NCBI GenBank assembly: GCA_964483635.1
Contig: CAZABS010000002.1
Coordinates: forward strand, 1-40,748
Source of the DNA: an uncultured Bdellovibrionales bacterium
GTDB taxonomy: Bacteria > Patescibacteriota > Minisyncoccia > Moranbacterales > UBA1568
Direction of reading: 5' to 3'
DNA length: 40,748 bases
Below are positions 9,176 to 16,882 of the stretch, one piece after another. The first letter of the stretch is position 1. Each line of letters opens with the position of its first letter. The notes below the pieces were generated by a model. The model made no database searches, was not told the DNA's origin, and was given only the letters and a program-made list of their open reading frames with translations. Position numbers and translations under genes: made by a program.

Positions 9176-9310
9176 TAATAACGCCCACGTAATCTGCGGG
9201 TACAATTTTTCCTCGATCGAGGGTTTAGCATTTGATGAAAATGGCGAGTGAGTGCGTGGCCTGTGCACGTGAGGCTCACGAGCCATCGAAACAAACGCTG
9301 AGCCCAAGAA

Positions 9311-10723
9311 ATGAAATCCATGCCTCATAAAACTGCAAAAAATCTCAATTTTGACTACAAATACGGCTTTTCAATGCCGGAACGTTCGGTTCACAAAACC
9401 GGAACGGGTTTAAGTGCAGCCATTGTCACGGAAATTTCTGGCGTAAAAAAGGAACCGAAATGGATGCGTGATTTTCGACTGAAAAGCCTTGCCATTTTTG
9501 AAGCAAAACCACTCCCAAATTGGGGAGCTCCTCTTGATACCATAGATTTTGACAAACTCACCTATTACCTAAAGGCAACTCAAAAACAATCCCAGTCATG
9601 GGATGATCTTCCAAAAGAAATTAAGGATACCTACGACAAAATTGGCGTTCCCGAGGCCGAAAAAAAATTCCTCGCTGGTGTTTCTGCTCAGTACGAGTCA
9701 GAGGTTGTGTATGAAAGTGTGAACAAAGAACTTGAAAAACGTGGGGTTATTTTCTGTGACATGGATACTGCGGTCAAAAAATATCCCAAACTTGTCCGCG
9801 AGTACTTTGGGAAACTCATTCCTCCCCACGATAATAAATTTGCAGCCTTAAACTCAGCTGTTTGGTCAGGAGGTTCATTCGTCTATGTTCCCAAGGGTGT
9901 AAAAGTGGCGCTGCCACTCCAAGCGTACTTCCGCATCAATGCCGAAGCTTTCGGTCAATTTGAGAGAACGCTCATCATCGCCGAAGAAGGATCGTCGGTA
10001 CACTATATTGAGGGCTGCACCGCCCCCATTTATACCACTCAGTCACTCCACTCTGCAGTGGTAGAAATTTTCGTGAAGAAAAATGCTCGTGTCCGCTACA
10101 CAACGGTTCAAAACTGGAGCAAGAATGTCTACAATCTCGTCACCAAACGTGCTCGTGCAGAAGAAAATGCTCTCATGGAATGGATAGACTGCAATATTGG
10201 CTCTGGCGTCACCATGAAATATCCCGCGGTTTACCTCGCAGGGCGCGGTGCGCGTGGTGAAGTGCTCTCGATTGCATACGCAGGAAGAGGTCAGCACCAG
10301 GATACAGGGGCAAAAATGATCCATCTCGCAAATAACACTTCATCTCGAGTCATCTCGAAATCAATTTCAAAAGACGGCGGCCGCACAAGTTATCGTGGAC
10401 TTGTACATGTCGCTCAAGGTGCGAAAAACTGTACAGCATCTGTCGTTTGCGATGCACTTCTTCTCGATGAGCATTCAGAGACCGACACATACCCAACCAT
10501 GCGCGTTAACGAACAATCAACGACTCTTGAACATGAAGCGACCGTCGAACGTATTGGGGAAGAGAAACTACTCTACCTCATGAGTCGCGGACTCTCCGAA
10601 ACCGATGCCCATGGACTCCTCGTCAACGGTTTCATTGAGCCGATCGTTAAAGAAATTCCCCTCGAATATTCTATTGAACTCGGTCGTTTGATGAATCTCG
10701 AGATGAAAAACTCAATTGGATAA
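9311..10723 (+). CDS. sufB: Fe-S cluster assembly scaffold protein SufB
   Basis: 470 aa with conserved SufB blocks (VHYIEGCTAP, KYPAVYLAGRGARGE, HEATVERIGEEKLLYLMSRGL). An in-frame TGA at 9299-9301 prevents any upstream extension. Confidence 0.92.
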   Translation: MKSMPHKTAKNLNFDYKYGFSMPERSVHKTGTGLSAAIVTEISGVKKEPKWMRDFRLKSLAIFEAKPLPNWGAPLDTIDFDKLTYYLKATQKQSQSWDDLPKEIKDTYDKIGVPEAEKKFLAGVSAQYESEVVYESVNKELEKRGVIFCDMDTAVKKYPKLVREYFGKLIPPHDNKFAALNSAVWSGGSFVYVPKGVKVALPLQAYFRINAEAFGQFERTLIIAEEGSSVHYIEGCTAPIYTTQSLHSAVVEIFVKKNARVRYTTVQNWSKNVYNLVTKRARAEENALMEWIDCNIGSGVTMKYPAVYLAGRGARGEVLSIAYAGRGQHQDTGAKMIHLANNTSSRVISKSISKDGGRTSYRGLVHVAQGAKNCTASVVCDALLLDEHSETDTYPTMRVNEQSTTLEHEATVERIGEEKLLYLMSRGLSETDAHGLLVNGFIEPIVKEIPLEYSIELGRLMNLEMKNSIG

Positions 10724-10761
10724 TACGGTCACTGCAGTAGCCCATTACATAACCACGTCAA

Positions 10762-11358
10762 ATGAAATTCAAAGACATCACCCATGACCAACAGACTACC
10801 TACCGTCTTCAAGCTGAGGAAGAGGTGATGTTCTTCATGCTCGGTCGAACTGGAGAAATCAATTTTGAACTGGCTGGTCACGGAGGAACCGCTCATATTC
10901 TCTCGCTTTCGCTCGAAAATTCTGGAGAACATCAGCTCAAAATTACTCAGCACCATCTCGCGCCAAATACCGTTTCTCATTTTTACGGAAAAAATCTTGT
11001 TGGAGGAAATGCCCATACCAAGCTCGAGAGTCGCGTTATCATAGAAAAAGAGGCGACGGAGGCTGATGCTAGTCAGGATTGCCGGACTCTCCTTCTCTCT
11101 GATCAGGCTCGCGGCGAAAGCCGGCCCTTTCTCGAGATAAAAACCAATGCTGTACGCGCCCGTCATGCGGCTACCACCAGCACCCTCCGTGATGAGACTC
11201 TTTTTTATATGGCTTCGCGCGGACTGGATCCGAGCGCAGCACAGTCGCTCTCAATTCATGGTTTTGTCAATAATCTCCTCGATAAAATTCCGAGCCATTT
11301 CCAAAATAATAAACGCGAAATAAAGAACAGCGTCGAGCAATTCCTTGAGAAAATCTAA
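10762..11358 (+). CDS. sufD: SufD-like protein, about half normal length (198 aa)
   Basis: The C-terminal SufBD beta-helix and helical tail are recognisable: LLLSDQARGESRPFLEIKTNAVRARHAATTSTLRDETLFYMASRGL. The N-terminal half of canonical SufD is absent. Confidence 0.7.
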   Translation: MKFKDITHDQQTTYRLQAEEEVMFFMLGRTGEINFELAGHGGTAHILSLSLENSGEHQLKITQHHLAPNTVSHFYGKNLVGGNAHTKLESRVIIEKEATEADASQDCRTLLLSDQARGESRPFLEIKTNAVRARHAATTSTLRDETLFYMASRGLDPSAAQSLSIHGFVNNLLDKIPSHFQNNKREIKNSVEQFLEKI

Positions 11359-11367
11359 TCTATCATT

Positions 11368-12591
11368 ATGCAGACATTCCACAATATAAAAAAACAGTTT
11401 CCGATTTTTGAGAATCGGCCTGGTTTGGTATACCTCGATTCAGCCGCGACGGCGCTAAAACCAGAGCTCGTTCTCCAGTCTATGGATGAATACTACCGCA
11501 ATTACTCAGCCAATATCTCACGTGGTCTCTATCCGCTTGCTGAGTGTGCCACGACTGCTTTCGAAGCTGCCCGTGAAAAAATTGCACGCTTTATTCATAC
11601 AGAAAGTCCGGCTCAGGTCATATTCACAGCAAACGCTACTCAGGCTATCAATTTGGTTTCACTCGGGCTTGAGGAAATCCTCTCGCCGGGCATGAATATT
11701 GTCGTAACCTCACTTGAACATCATTCCAATTATCTTCCCTGGAAAGAACTCGCCAAACGTACCCGATCATCCGTTCGTATAGCTCCATTTCATGAAGAGG
11801 GCTTCCTTGAACCTCAAGAGCTCGTAAAACACCTCGATCATCAAACAAAGATTGTTGCCTTTTCTGCAGTGTCCAACGTCTTTGGAGTGCAGAACCCGGT
11901 AGGAGAAATTATCAAGATACTGAGAGCAAAATATCCGGAAGTTCTCATTCTCGTAGATGCTTGCCAGGCAGTCGGACATATTGAGGTAGACATCTTAAAG
12001 TGGGATGCCGATTACGTCGTTTTCTCTGGACACAAGCTCTTCGGTCCAACGGGCATTGGAGTGCTCGCTGGAAAAGAAGCTTCGCTCAAACTGCTGTCGC
12101 CAAAAAACGTCGGGGGTGGCACGGTTCTTGACGCGTGTCGTACTGAAACCCGCTACAAAAAACTCCCGGAAAACCTCGAGGGTGGTACCCCCAACATTGC
12201 TGGGGCCATCGGGCTGGGCACTGCCATTGAATTCATTGAATCGCTGGGAATTGATGCTCTTCATCAGCACGAAGTAAACCTCACAAAATTGTTGATTGAA
12301 GCACTCACCAAAGCTTTTGGAGATAAAATTCGTATCCTCGGAACCACTGAGAGCTCCAAAAGGGTCGGGATTGTTTCTTTTGTTCTCAAAGGCATTCACC
12401 CTCATGACTTGGCTCATCTTCTCGGCGAGCAAGACATCTCGGTTCGGGCAGGTGAACATTGTGCCTCACCACTTCACCTGGCCATCAAACTCGGATCCTC
12501 TACCCGCGTAAGCCTTTCCCTCTACAACGATGAGCATGATATCGAAAAGCTCATCAGTGCCATAAAAAAAGCGCTCGTTCTGTTTCACTAA
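11368..12591 (+). CDS. sufS: Cysteine desulfurase SufS (class II aminotransferase V)
   Basis: LDSAATALKP, PLP-lysine region FSGHKLFGPTGIGVL, and catalytic Cys loop RAGEHCASPL. Confidence 0.9.
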   Translation: MQTFHNIKKQFPIFENRPGLVYLDSAATALKPELVLQSMDEYYRNYSANISRGLYPLAECATTAFEAAREKIARFIHTESPAQVIFTANATQAINLVSLGLEEILSPGMNIVVTSLEHHSNYLPWKELAKRTRSSVRIAPFHEEGFLEPQELVKHLDHQTKIVAFSAVSNVFGVQNPVGEIIKILRAKYPEVLILVDACQAVGHIEVDILKWDADYVVFSGHKLFGPTGIGVLAGKEASLKLLSPKNVGGGTVLDACRTETRYKKLPENLEGGTPNIAGAIGLGTAIEFIESLGIDALHQHEVNLTKLLIEALTKAFGDKIRILGTTESSKRVGIVSFVLKGIHPHDLAHLLGEQDISVRAGEHCASPLHLAIKLGSSTRVSLSLYNDEHDIEKLISAIKKALVLFH

Positions 12592-12599
12592 AATAGGCT

Positions 12600-12965
12600 A
12601 TGCATTCTCTCTACCAAGAAAACCTCCTCGATCACTATCGTAATCCAAGAAATTGGGGGTCTCTTCCTCATCCAACTCATCGAGGAAGCGCCGAAAATCC
12701 TACCTGCGGAGACAAGCTTGAAGTAGACATTGATGTTTGGCATGATAAAATAAAGGCCATAAGGTTTCGTGGGTCTGGCTGTGCGGTTTCTCAGGCAAGC
12801 GCCTCACTCCTTTCCGAGCACGTACTCGGAATGAAAAAGGTGGAGGTTCTCTCTCTTACCAAAGAAACAACCCTCGAGCTCGTTGGAGTTCCCCTTTCTC
12901 CCGTTCGGATGAAATGTGCCCTCCTCTCGCTCGAAACCTTACAGCAAGCCGTTATTAATTCATAA
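12600..12965 (+). CDS. sufU: SufU/IscU-type sulfur acceptor or scaffold
   Basis: LLDHYRNPRNWG, NPTCGD, GSGCAVSQASAS and RMKCALL, which are the three conserved Cys contexts of SufU. Confidence 0.85.
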   Translation: MHSLYQENLLDHYRNPRNWGSLPHPTHRGSAENPTCGDKLEVDIDVWHDKIKAIRFRGSGCAVSQASASLLSEHVLGMKKVEVLSLTKETTLELVGVPLSPVRMKCALLSLETLQQAVINS

Positions 12966-12974
12966 GCCTCTCGT

Positions 12975-13247
12975 ATGTCACAGTGGAAAGATGAAAATAA
13001 GCCAGCTGGTCCCGTAACCCTCGCGAATGGTTGGACTATCGAAGTTGATCAAAATGCGTGCATTGGAGCAGCTCCCTGTACCGCAATGGCCGCAGGAACA
13101 TTTGCTCTCGATGAAGCTGGAAAGGCTGGAGTGCTTGCAACTGCCGATGGCGATGATCAAGACACCATCCTCAATGCTGCTCGTGCCTGTCCAGTCGGAG
13201 CCATCCGAATCAAAGATTCTTCTGGAAAACAAGTTTTCCCGGAATAA
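12975..13247 (+). CDS. fdx: Small ferredoxin (single-cluster type)
   Basis: 90 aa with CIGAAPC near the N-terminus and ARACPVGAI near the C-terminus, a typical Fer4_13/15-like pattern. Confidence 0.7.
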   Translation: MSQWKDENKPAGPVTLANGWTIEVDQNACIGAAPCTAMAAGTFALDEAGKAGVLATADGDDQDTILNAARACPVGAIRIKDSSGKQVFPE

Positions 13248-13412
13248 ACCCCTCCCCAAGTAAAACAAAACTTTCCTTTTTTGTGTGGCTTGAACCTTCG
13301 GAAGCATGATTTGTGCGCTGGAGCAATTCCGAACATTCATGTCAGTAAAATATTCTCTGGATATTTTACAGCAATTAAAAGGAAAGTTTTTTTGTGAAAC
13401 ATCATTCATCAT

Positions 13413-13724
13413 ATGCCAAAAGCGTCTCTCAAAAACCAAGTCCTCAATAAGCTCGACCAAGTCCTCGACCCGGAACTTGGAGTTTCCATCAAAGCCTTGG
13501 GTCTCATTTACGAAGTCGCGATTGATGAGAAGAAGCACTGCAAAATCACCATGACCCTCACAACTATTGGCTGTCCCCTCTTTGGCCAAATTCAAAAAGA
13601 AATTGAGGATCGAATCATGGAAATCGACACCATTGATGATGTTGAAATTGAGCTTACTTTTGACCCTGCCTGGAGTCCTGACAAAATGACCCCGGAAGCG
13701 AAAGCAAAACTTGGTCTCGACTAA
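13413..13724 (+). CDS. sufT: SufT/MIP18-family (DUF59) Fe-S assembly protein
   Basis: LDQVLDPELGVSIKALGLIYEV...TMTLTTIGCPL is the hallmark DUF59 motif. It is the last gene of the suf operon. Confidence 0.75.
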   Translation: MPKASLKNQVLNKLDQVLDPELGVSIKALGLIYEVAIDEKKHCKITMTLTTIGCPLFGQIQKEIEDRIMEIDTIDDVEIELTFDPAWSPDKMTPEAKAKLGLD

Positions 13725-13746
13725 AACCCCGCTGTGGCGGGGTTTT
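13725..13746. terminator. Bidirectional rho-independent terminator shared by the suf operon and the convergent OFOR operon
   Basis: AACCCCGC-TGTG-GCGGGGTT stem-loop (13725-13744) followed by TTTT on the plus strand. Its reverse complement is also followed by TTTT. It sits between the stop codons at 13722-13724 (+) and 13749-13751 (-). Confidence 0.7.
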
Positions 13747-13748
13747 CT

Positions 13749-14606
13749 CTATGAAAATTTTTGTAAAGCATGTTTCAAAGCTTCGTCATCACGCTGCCAG
13801 AGATACATCGGATCATCGCCTTCACGTAACAAGGTTTCATACGTTGGTTTCCCGGTACGTTGATACAAAACGCCAAGGGCGAGCTTCTCGGTTTCCAGTG
13901 CAAGTTTCATCGCGCCGAGTTTATCAGCTTTGTCATGTTCCTCGTCGAGATAGTAGGTGTGCTCTTTGAACCATTGGAAAGTATTTTGTTTATTGAAGAC
14001 GACGCACGGTTGAAAAACATCCACCAAGGCATAACCTCTGTGCTCAATCGCCTGTTTTACGATGGCTACCGCTTGCGGAATGTCACCCGAGAAAACCCGT
14101 GATACAAAAGTGCAGTCGAGGGAAAGAGCTACAGCTAATGGATTGAATGGTTCAAGAACTACTCCATCGGGTTGAATCGGATTCTTGAGCCCCCGCTCGC
14201 TCGTTGGTGAGGCCTGACCTTTGGTCAAACCATAGATCATGTTGTTGTGAACGATACTCGTGATATCTGGATTGCGCCGGATCGTATGGAGAAAATGATT
14301 CCCCCCCTCTCCATAAGTATCCCCATCTCCACTTTCGGCAATGACCGTGAGTTTGGGACTGGCAATCTTGATGGCAGTTGCTGGAGCAAGTGCTCGTCCG
14401 TGAAGCCCGTTGAAATAGTGCACCCTGAGATAATGTGGGGTCTTGGCAGCTTGACCAATTCCAGAACAAATGACCGCTTCGGTTGGTGGAATATCAAGCT
14501 CTGCGAGAGCAGTTTTGACAATATTGAGAATGGGGAAATTACCACACCCCGGACACCAAGCAATGTCCGTCCCATGTGGCATATCGTAGAGTTTCTTGTC
14601 GATCAT
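13749..14606 (-). CDS. korB: 2-oxoacid:ferredoxin oxidoreductase, beta (TPP-binding) subunit
   Basis: WCPGCGNFPIL at the N-terminus and the GDGDTYGEGGNHF TPP/Mg motif. 285 aa. Confidence 0.85.
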   Translation of the reverse strand: MIDKKLYDMPHGTDIAWCPGCGNFPILNIVKTALAELDIPPTEAVICSGIGQAAKTPHYLRVHYFNGLHGRALAPATAIKIASPKLTVIAESGDGDTYGEGGNHFLHTIRRNPDITSIVHNNMIYGLTKGQASPTSERGLKNPIQPDGVVLEPFNPLAVALSLDCTFVSRVFSGDIPQAVAIVKQAIEHRGYALVDVFQPCVVFNKQNTFQWFKEHTYYLDEEHDKADKLGAMKLALETEKLALGVLYQRTGKPTYETLLREGDDPMYLWQRDDEALKHALQKFS

Positions 14607-14953
14607 AACGGCAAACTGTTAGTGCTTATCTTTTTCATTTTCACATTCGATATAAGAGATCCAATAAGATACGCCACCAACAACCAAAAGATAATATCGA
14701 CTATGAATCCAGTAGAATTAAGTTCAGGATCGTATATCGAAGGATTCGTGTGCACCAGTACGAATGTAAATGTCGAAAGTTTAAATACGGATAGTACTGC
14801 TGCTGGGAAAAAAAGAATAAAAAATGCTAGCGGTTCCAAAAACGAAGTATTCCAATGATAATACTCTCCAACCAGGACCACAAAAAAAATACTCGCTATT
14901 GTTCCGATAAACCCCATCCATGTATATTCTGTTGGTTTCAAAAAATTCATCAT
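14603..14953 (-). CDS. Small membrane protein (116 aa, about 3 TM) embedded in the OFOR operon
   Basis: ATGA overlaps at both ends (14950-14953 with the alpha-subunit stop, 14603-14606 with the beta-subunit start). Hydrophobic helices. AT-rich relative to the flanks. No family recognised. Confidence 0.55.
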   Translation of the reverse strand: MMNFLKPTEYTWMGFIGTIASIFFVVLVGEYYHWNTSFLEPLAFFILFFPAAVLSVFKLSTFTFVLVHTNPSIYDPELNSTGFIVDIIFWLLVAYLIGSLISNVKMKKISTNSLPL

Positions 14954-16653
14954 ACGATTTTTTGAAGTGATTTCATCACATCTTCCACTGAAAATGGATT
15001 GCCATCGTACTGGAGAATACGCCGTGTGACCGTAATTTTATACTCCCGTTCCAAGAGATCGGCAAACTGACCCGTAGCATTATTTTCGATGACCACCACC
15101 TCCTTGTTTTTCGGAAAGAGTTTCTTCCCGCTTTCCGGGAGAGGATACACTTGGGGGAAATGAATATGGACAAAATAATCGTCTTGCATTCGATCAAGCA
15201 CCTCCTCGACGACACCGAAATTCGATCCCCACGTCACAACGAGACACTCCGCTTTTTTAATATTCCCGATAACCACAGGTGGGAGAACTGCACTCCGAAG
15301 ACCCTCGAGCTTCGAAAGGCGCTTTTCATGCTGTGCCAATCGAACGGTAGCACTCTCCGTGATATGAGCAGCTTCATCATGTTCATCGCTATCCACTCCG
15401 ACAAGACCCGTTCCAAACCCCGGAACTCCCCTCGGTGAAATCCCATTTTTCTGCATCTGATACCGCTGGTACTCTGGATTCGTTTCGGTTATGTAGTTTT
15501 TTACTGGCAATTGTTTTACATCACGTTTCTCGACGGTAGATATTGCATCTAAGAGAAACTGGTCAGTTAAAATAAAGACTGGGACTTGATACTTGTCAGC
15601 AATGAGAAACGCTTGCTGAGCTGCCCGATACACCTCTGCAAGTGTCCCTGGAGCGAAGATCGCCCGCGGAAATTCACCTGCCCCAGCATAGAGCGCGAGG
15701 TTAAGATCGGCTTGCTCTGTCCGAGTCGGCAGCCCGGTGGCTGGACCTGGTCGCTGACCAATATGTATCACCACAGGAGTTTCGATCATACCCGAAAGAC
15801 TTACTCCTTCAGCCATGAGAGAAAATCCTCCACCAGAAGTCGTCACAATCGCCCGCGCCCCGGCATACCACGCTCCGATAGCCATATTTATCGCCGCGAT
15901 TTCGTCTTCTGCCTGATCGACTACAATACGAGATGACTTTGCGTGTCCCGCGAGAAATGAAAGCAGCGTTGTCCCAGGCGACATCGGGTACGATGAAATA
16001 AAATTACACCCAGCAGCAAGAACTCCCAGGCCAAGTGCCGTGTCACCAGAAAGCAGGAAGCTGTCTTTTTGGATAGATCTCCGTGGAAGTGCTATTTCTA
16101 TTCCCTCAACAAATCCAATATGGGTGCCATGAAGATATCCCATTTTGGCTGCTTCGATATTCTTCTCCACTACTTCTTCTCCTTTACGCGCAAAACGGGA
16201 ACGGAGATATTCATGAAAGGGTTTTTCATCCGCCTTGAGCATCCCAAGGACTACTCCAACTGCCAGAGTACTCGTATATATGGGGTGCCCCAATTCCCGC
16301 ACAAACCGTGTAAAGGGAACATCAATCACCTGACACTGTGTCTCACAAACTTTATCTTTCTCTCCAATCACCAGTGTTTGACGTGAGAGTCGGGGCGCTA
16401 GGTGCTTCATGGCACCTTTATCGAGCACAAACAGCAGATCAATCTTCTTCACAAAGGCACGTCTTGGCTTACTCGTAATCCGGATTTCGGTTGAATTACT
16501 CCCTCCGCGAATTCGTGACATATACTCCTTCGACGCAAAAACAAAATACCCTTCACGACGGAGCACTTCAACCAGAAGTGCCTCCACGGTCTGGATCCCT
16601 TGTCCAGCCGCTCCACCCAAGACGATAGAAATATCCCCAGAAAAACGATGCAT
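14950..16653 (-). CDS. korA: 2-oxoacid:ferredoxin oxidoreductase, fused gamma-alpha subunit (start corrected)
   Basis: From MHRFSGDISIVLGGAAGQGIQT (gamma-domain GxGGQG) through the alpha domain (SSYPMSPGT, GGGFSLM). The track ORF extends to 16818 but would overlap xseB (16679-16882). ATG at 16651-16653 gives 567 aa. Confidence 0.85.
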   Translation of the reverse strand: MHRFSGDISIVLGGAAGQGIQTVEALLVEVLRREGYFVFASKEYMSRIRGGSNSTEIRITSKPRRAFVKKIDLLFVLDKGAMKHLAPRLSRQTLVIGEKDKVCETQCQVIDVPFTRFVRELGHPIYTSTLAVGVVLGMLKADEKPFHEYLRSRFARKGEEVVEKNIEAAKMGYLHGTHIGFVEGIEIALPRRSIQKDSFLLSGDTALGLGVLAAGCNFISSYPMSPGTTLLSFLAGHAKSSRIVVDQAEDEIAAINMAIGAWYAGARAIVTTSGGGFSLMAEGVSLSGMIETPVVIHIGQRPGPATGLPTRTEQADLNLALYAGAGEFPRAIFAPGTLAEVYRAAQQAFLIADKYQVPVFILTDQFLLDAISTVEKRDVKQLPVKNYITETNPEYQRYQMQKNGISPRGVPGFGTGLVGVDSDEHDEAAHITESATVRLAQHEKRLSKLEGLRSAVLPPVVIGNIKKAECLVVTWGSNFGVVEEVLDRMQDDYFVHIHFPQVYPLPESGKKLFPKNKEVVVIENNATGQFADLLEREYKITVTRRILQYDGNPFSVEDVMKSLQKIV

Positions 16654-16678
16654 TTTTTTATTTTGCCCCCCCAATTGT

Positions 16679-16882
16679 TTAGTTCTCCTCAAGCTCTTTT
16701 TTGACAATTTCAAACTCATTTTCAATCTCCTTGAGCCTGGCTCGACTGGTTTTGATGAGGACAGCTCCTTCCTTAACTTTTTCAAGAGCTCGTTCGACAT
16801 CAACCTCGCCCGTATCAAACCAGCTCACAATGTCTTCTATTTTTTTGAGCGCTTCGGTCAAATTGGTTGTTTTTTCTTTCAT
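16679..16882 (-). CDS. xseB: Exodeoxyribonuclease VII small subunit
   Basis: 67 aa; LTEALKKIEDIVSWFDTGEVDVERALEKVKEGAVLIK is the XseB helical hairpin pattern. The start overlaps the xseA stop by 4 nt. Confidence 0.8.
   Translation of the reverse strand: MKEKTTNLTEALKKIEDIVSWFDTGEVDVERALEKVKEGAVLIKTSRARLKEIENEFEIVKKELEEN

Noticed and set aside
9235-9330. 31-aa CxxC-containing ORF in the sufC-sufB gap as a real leader peptide gene
   Set aside because: There is no obvious ribosome-binding site, it overlaps the sufB start out of frame, and it is too short to evaluate. It is kept only as a note inside the gap finding.
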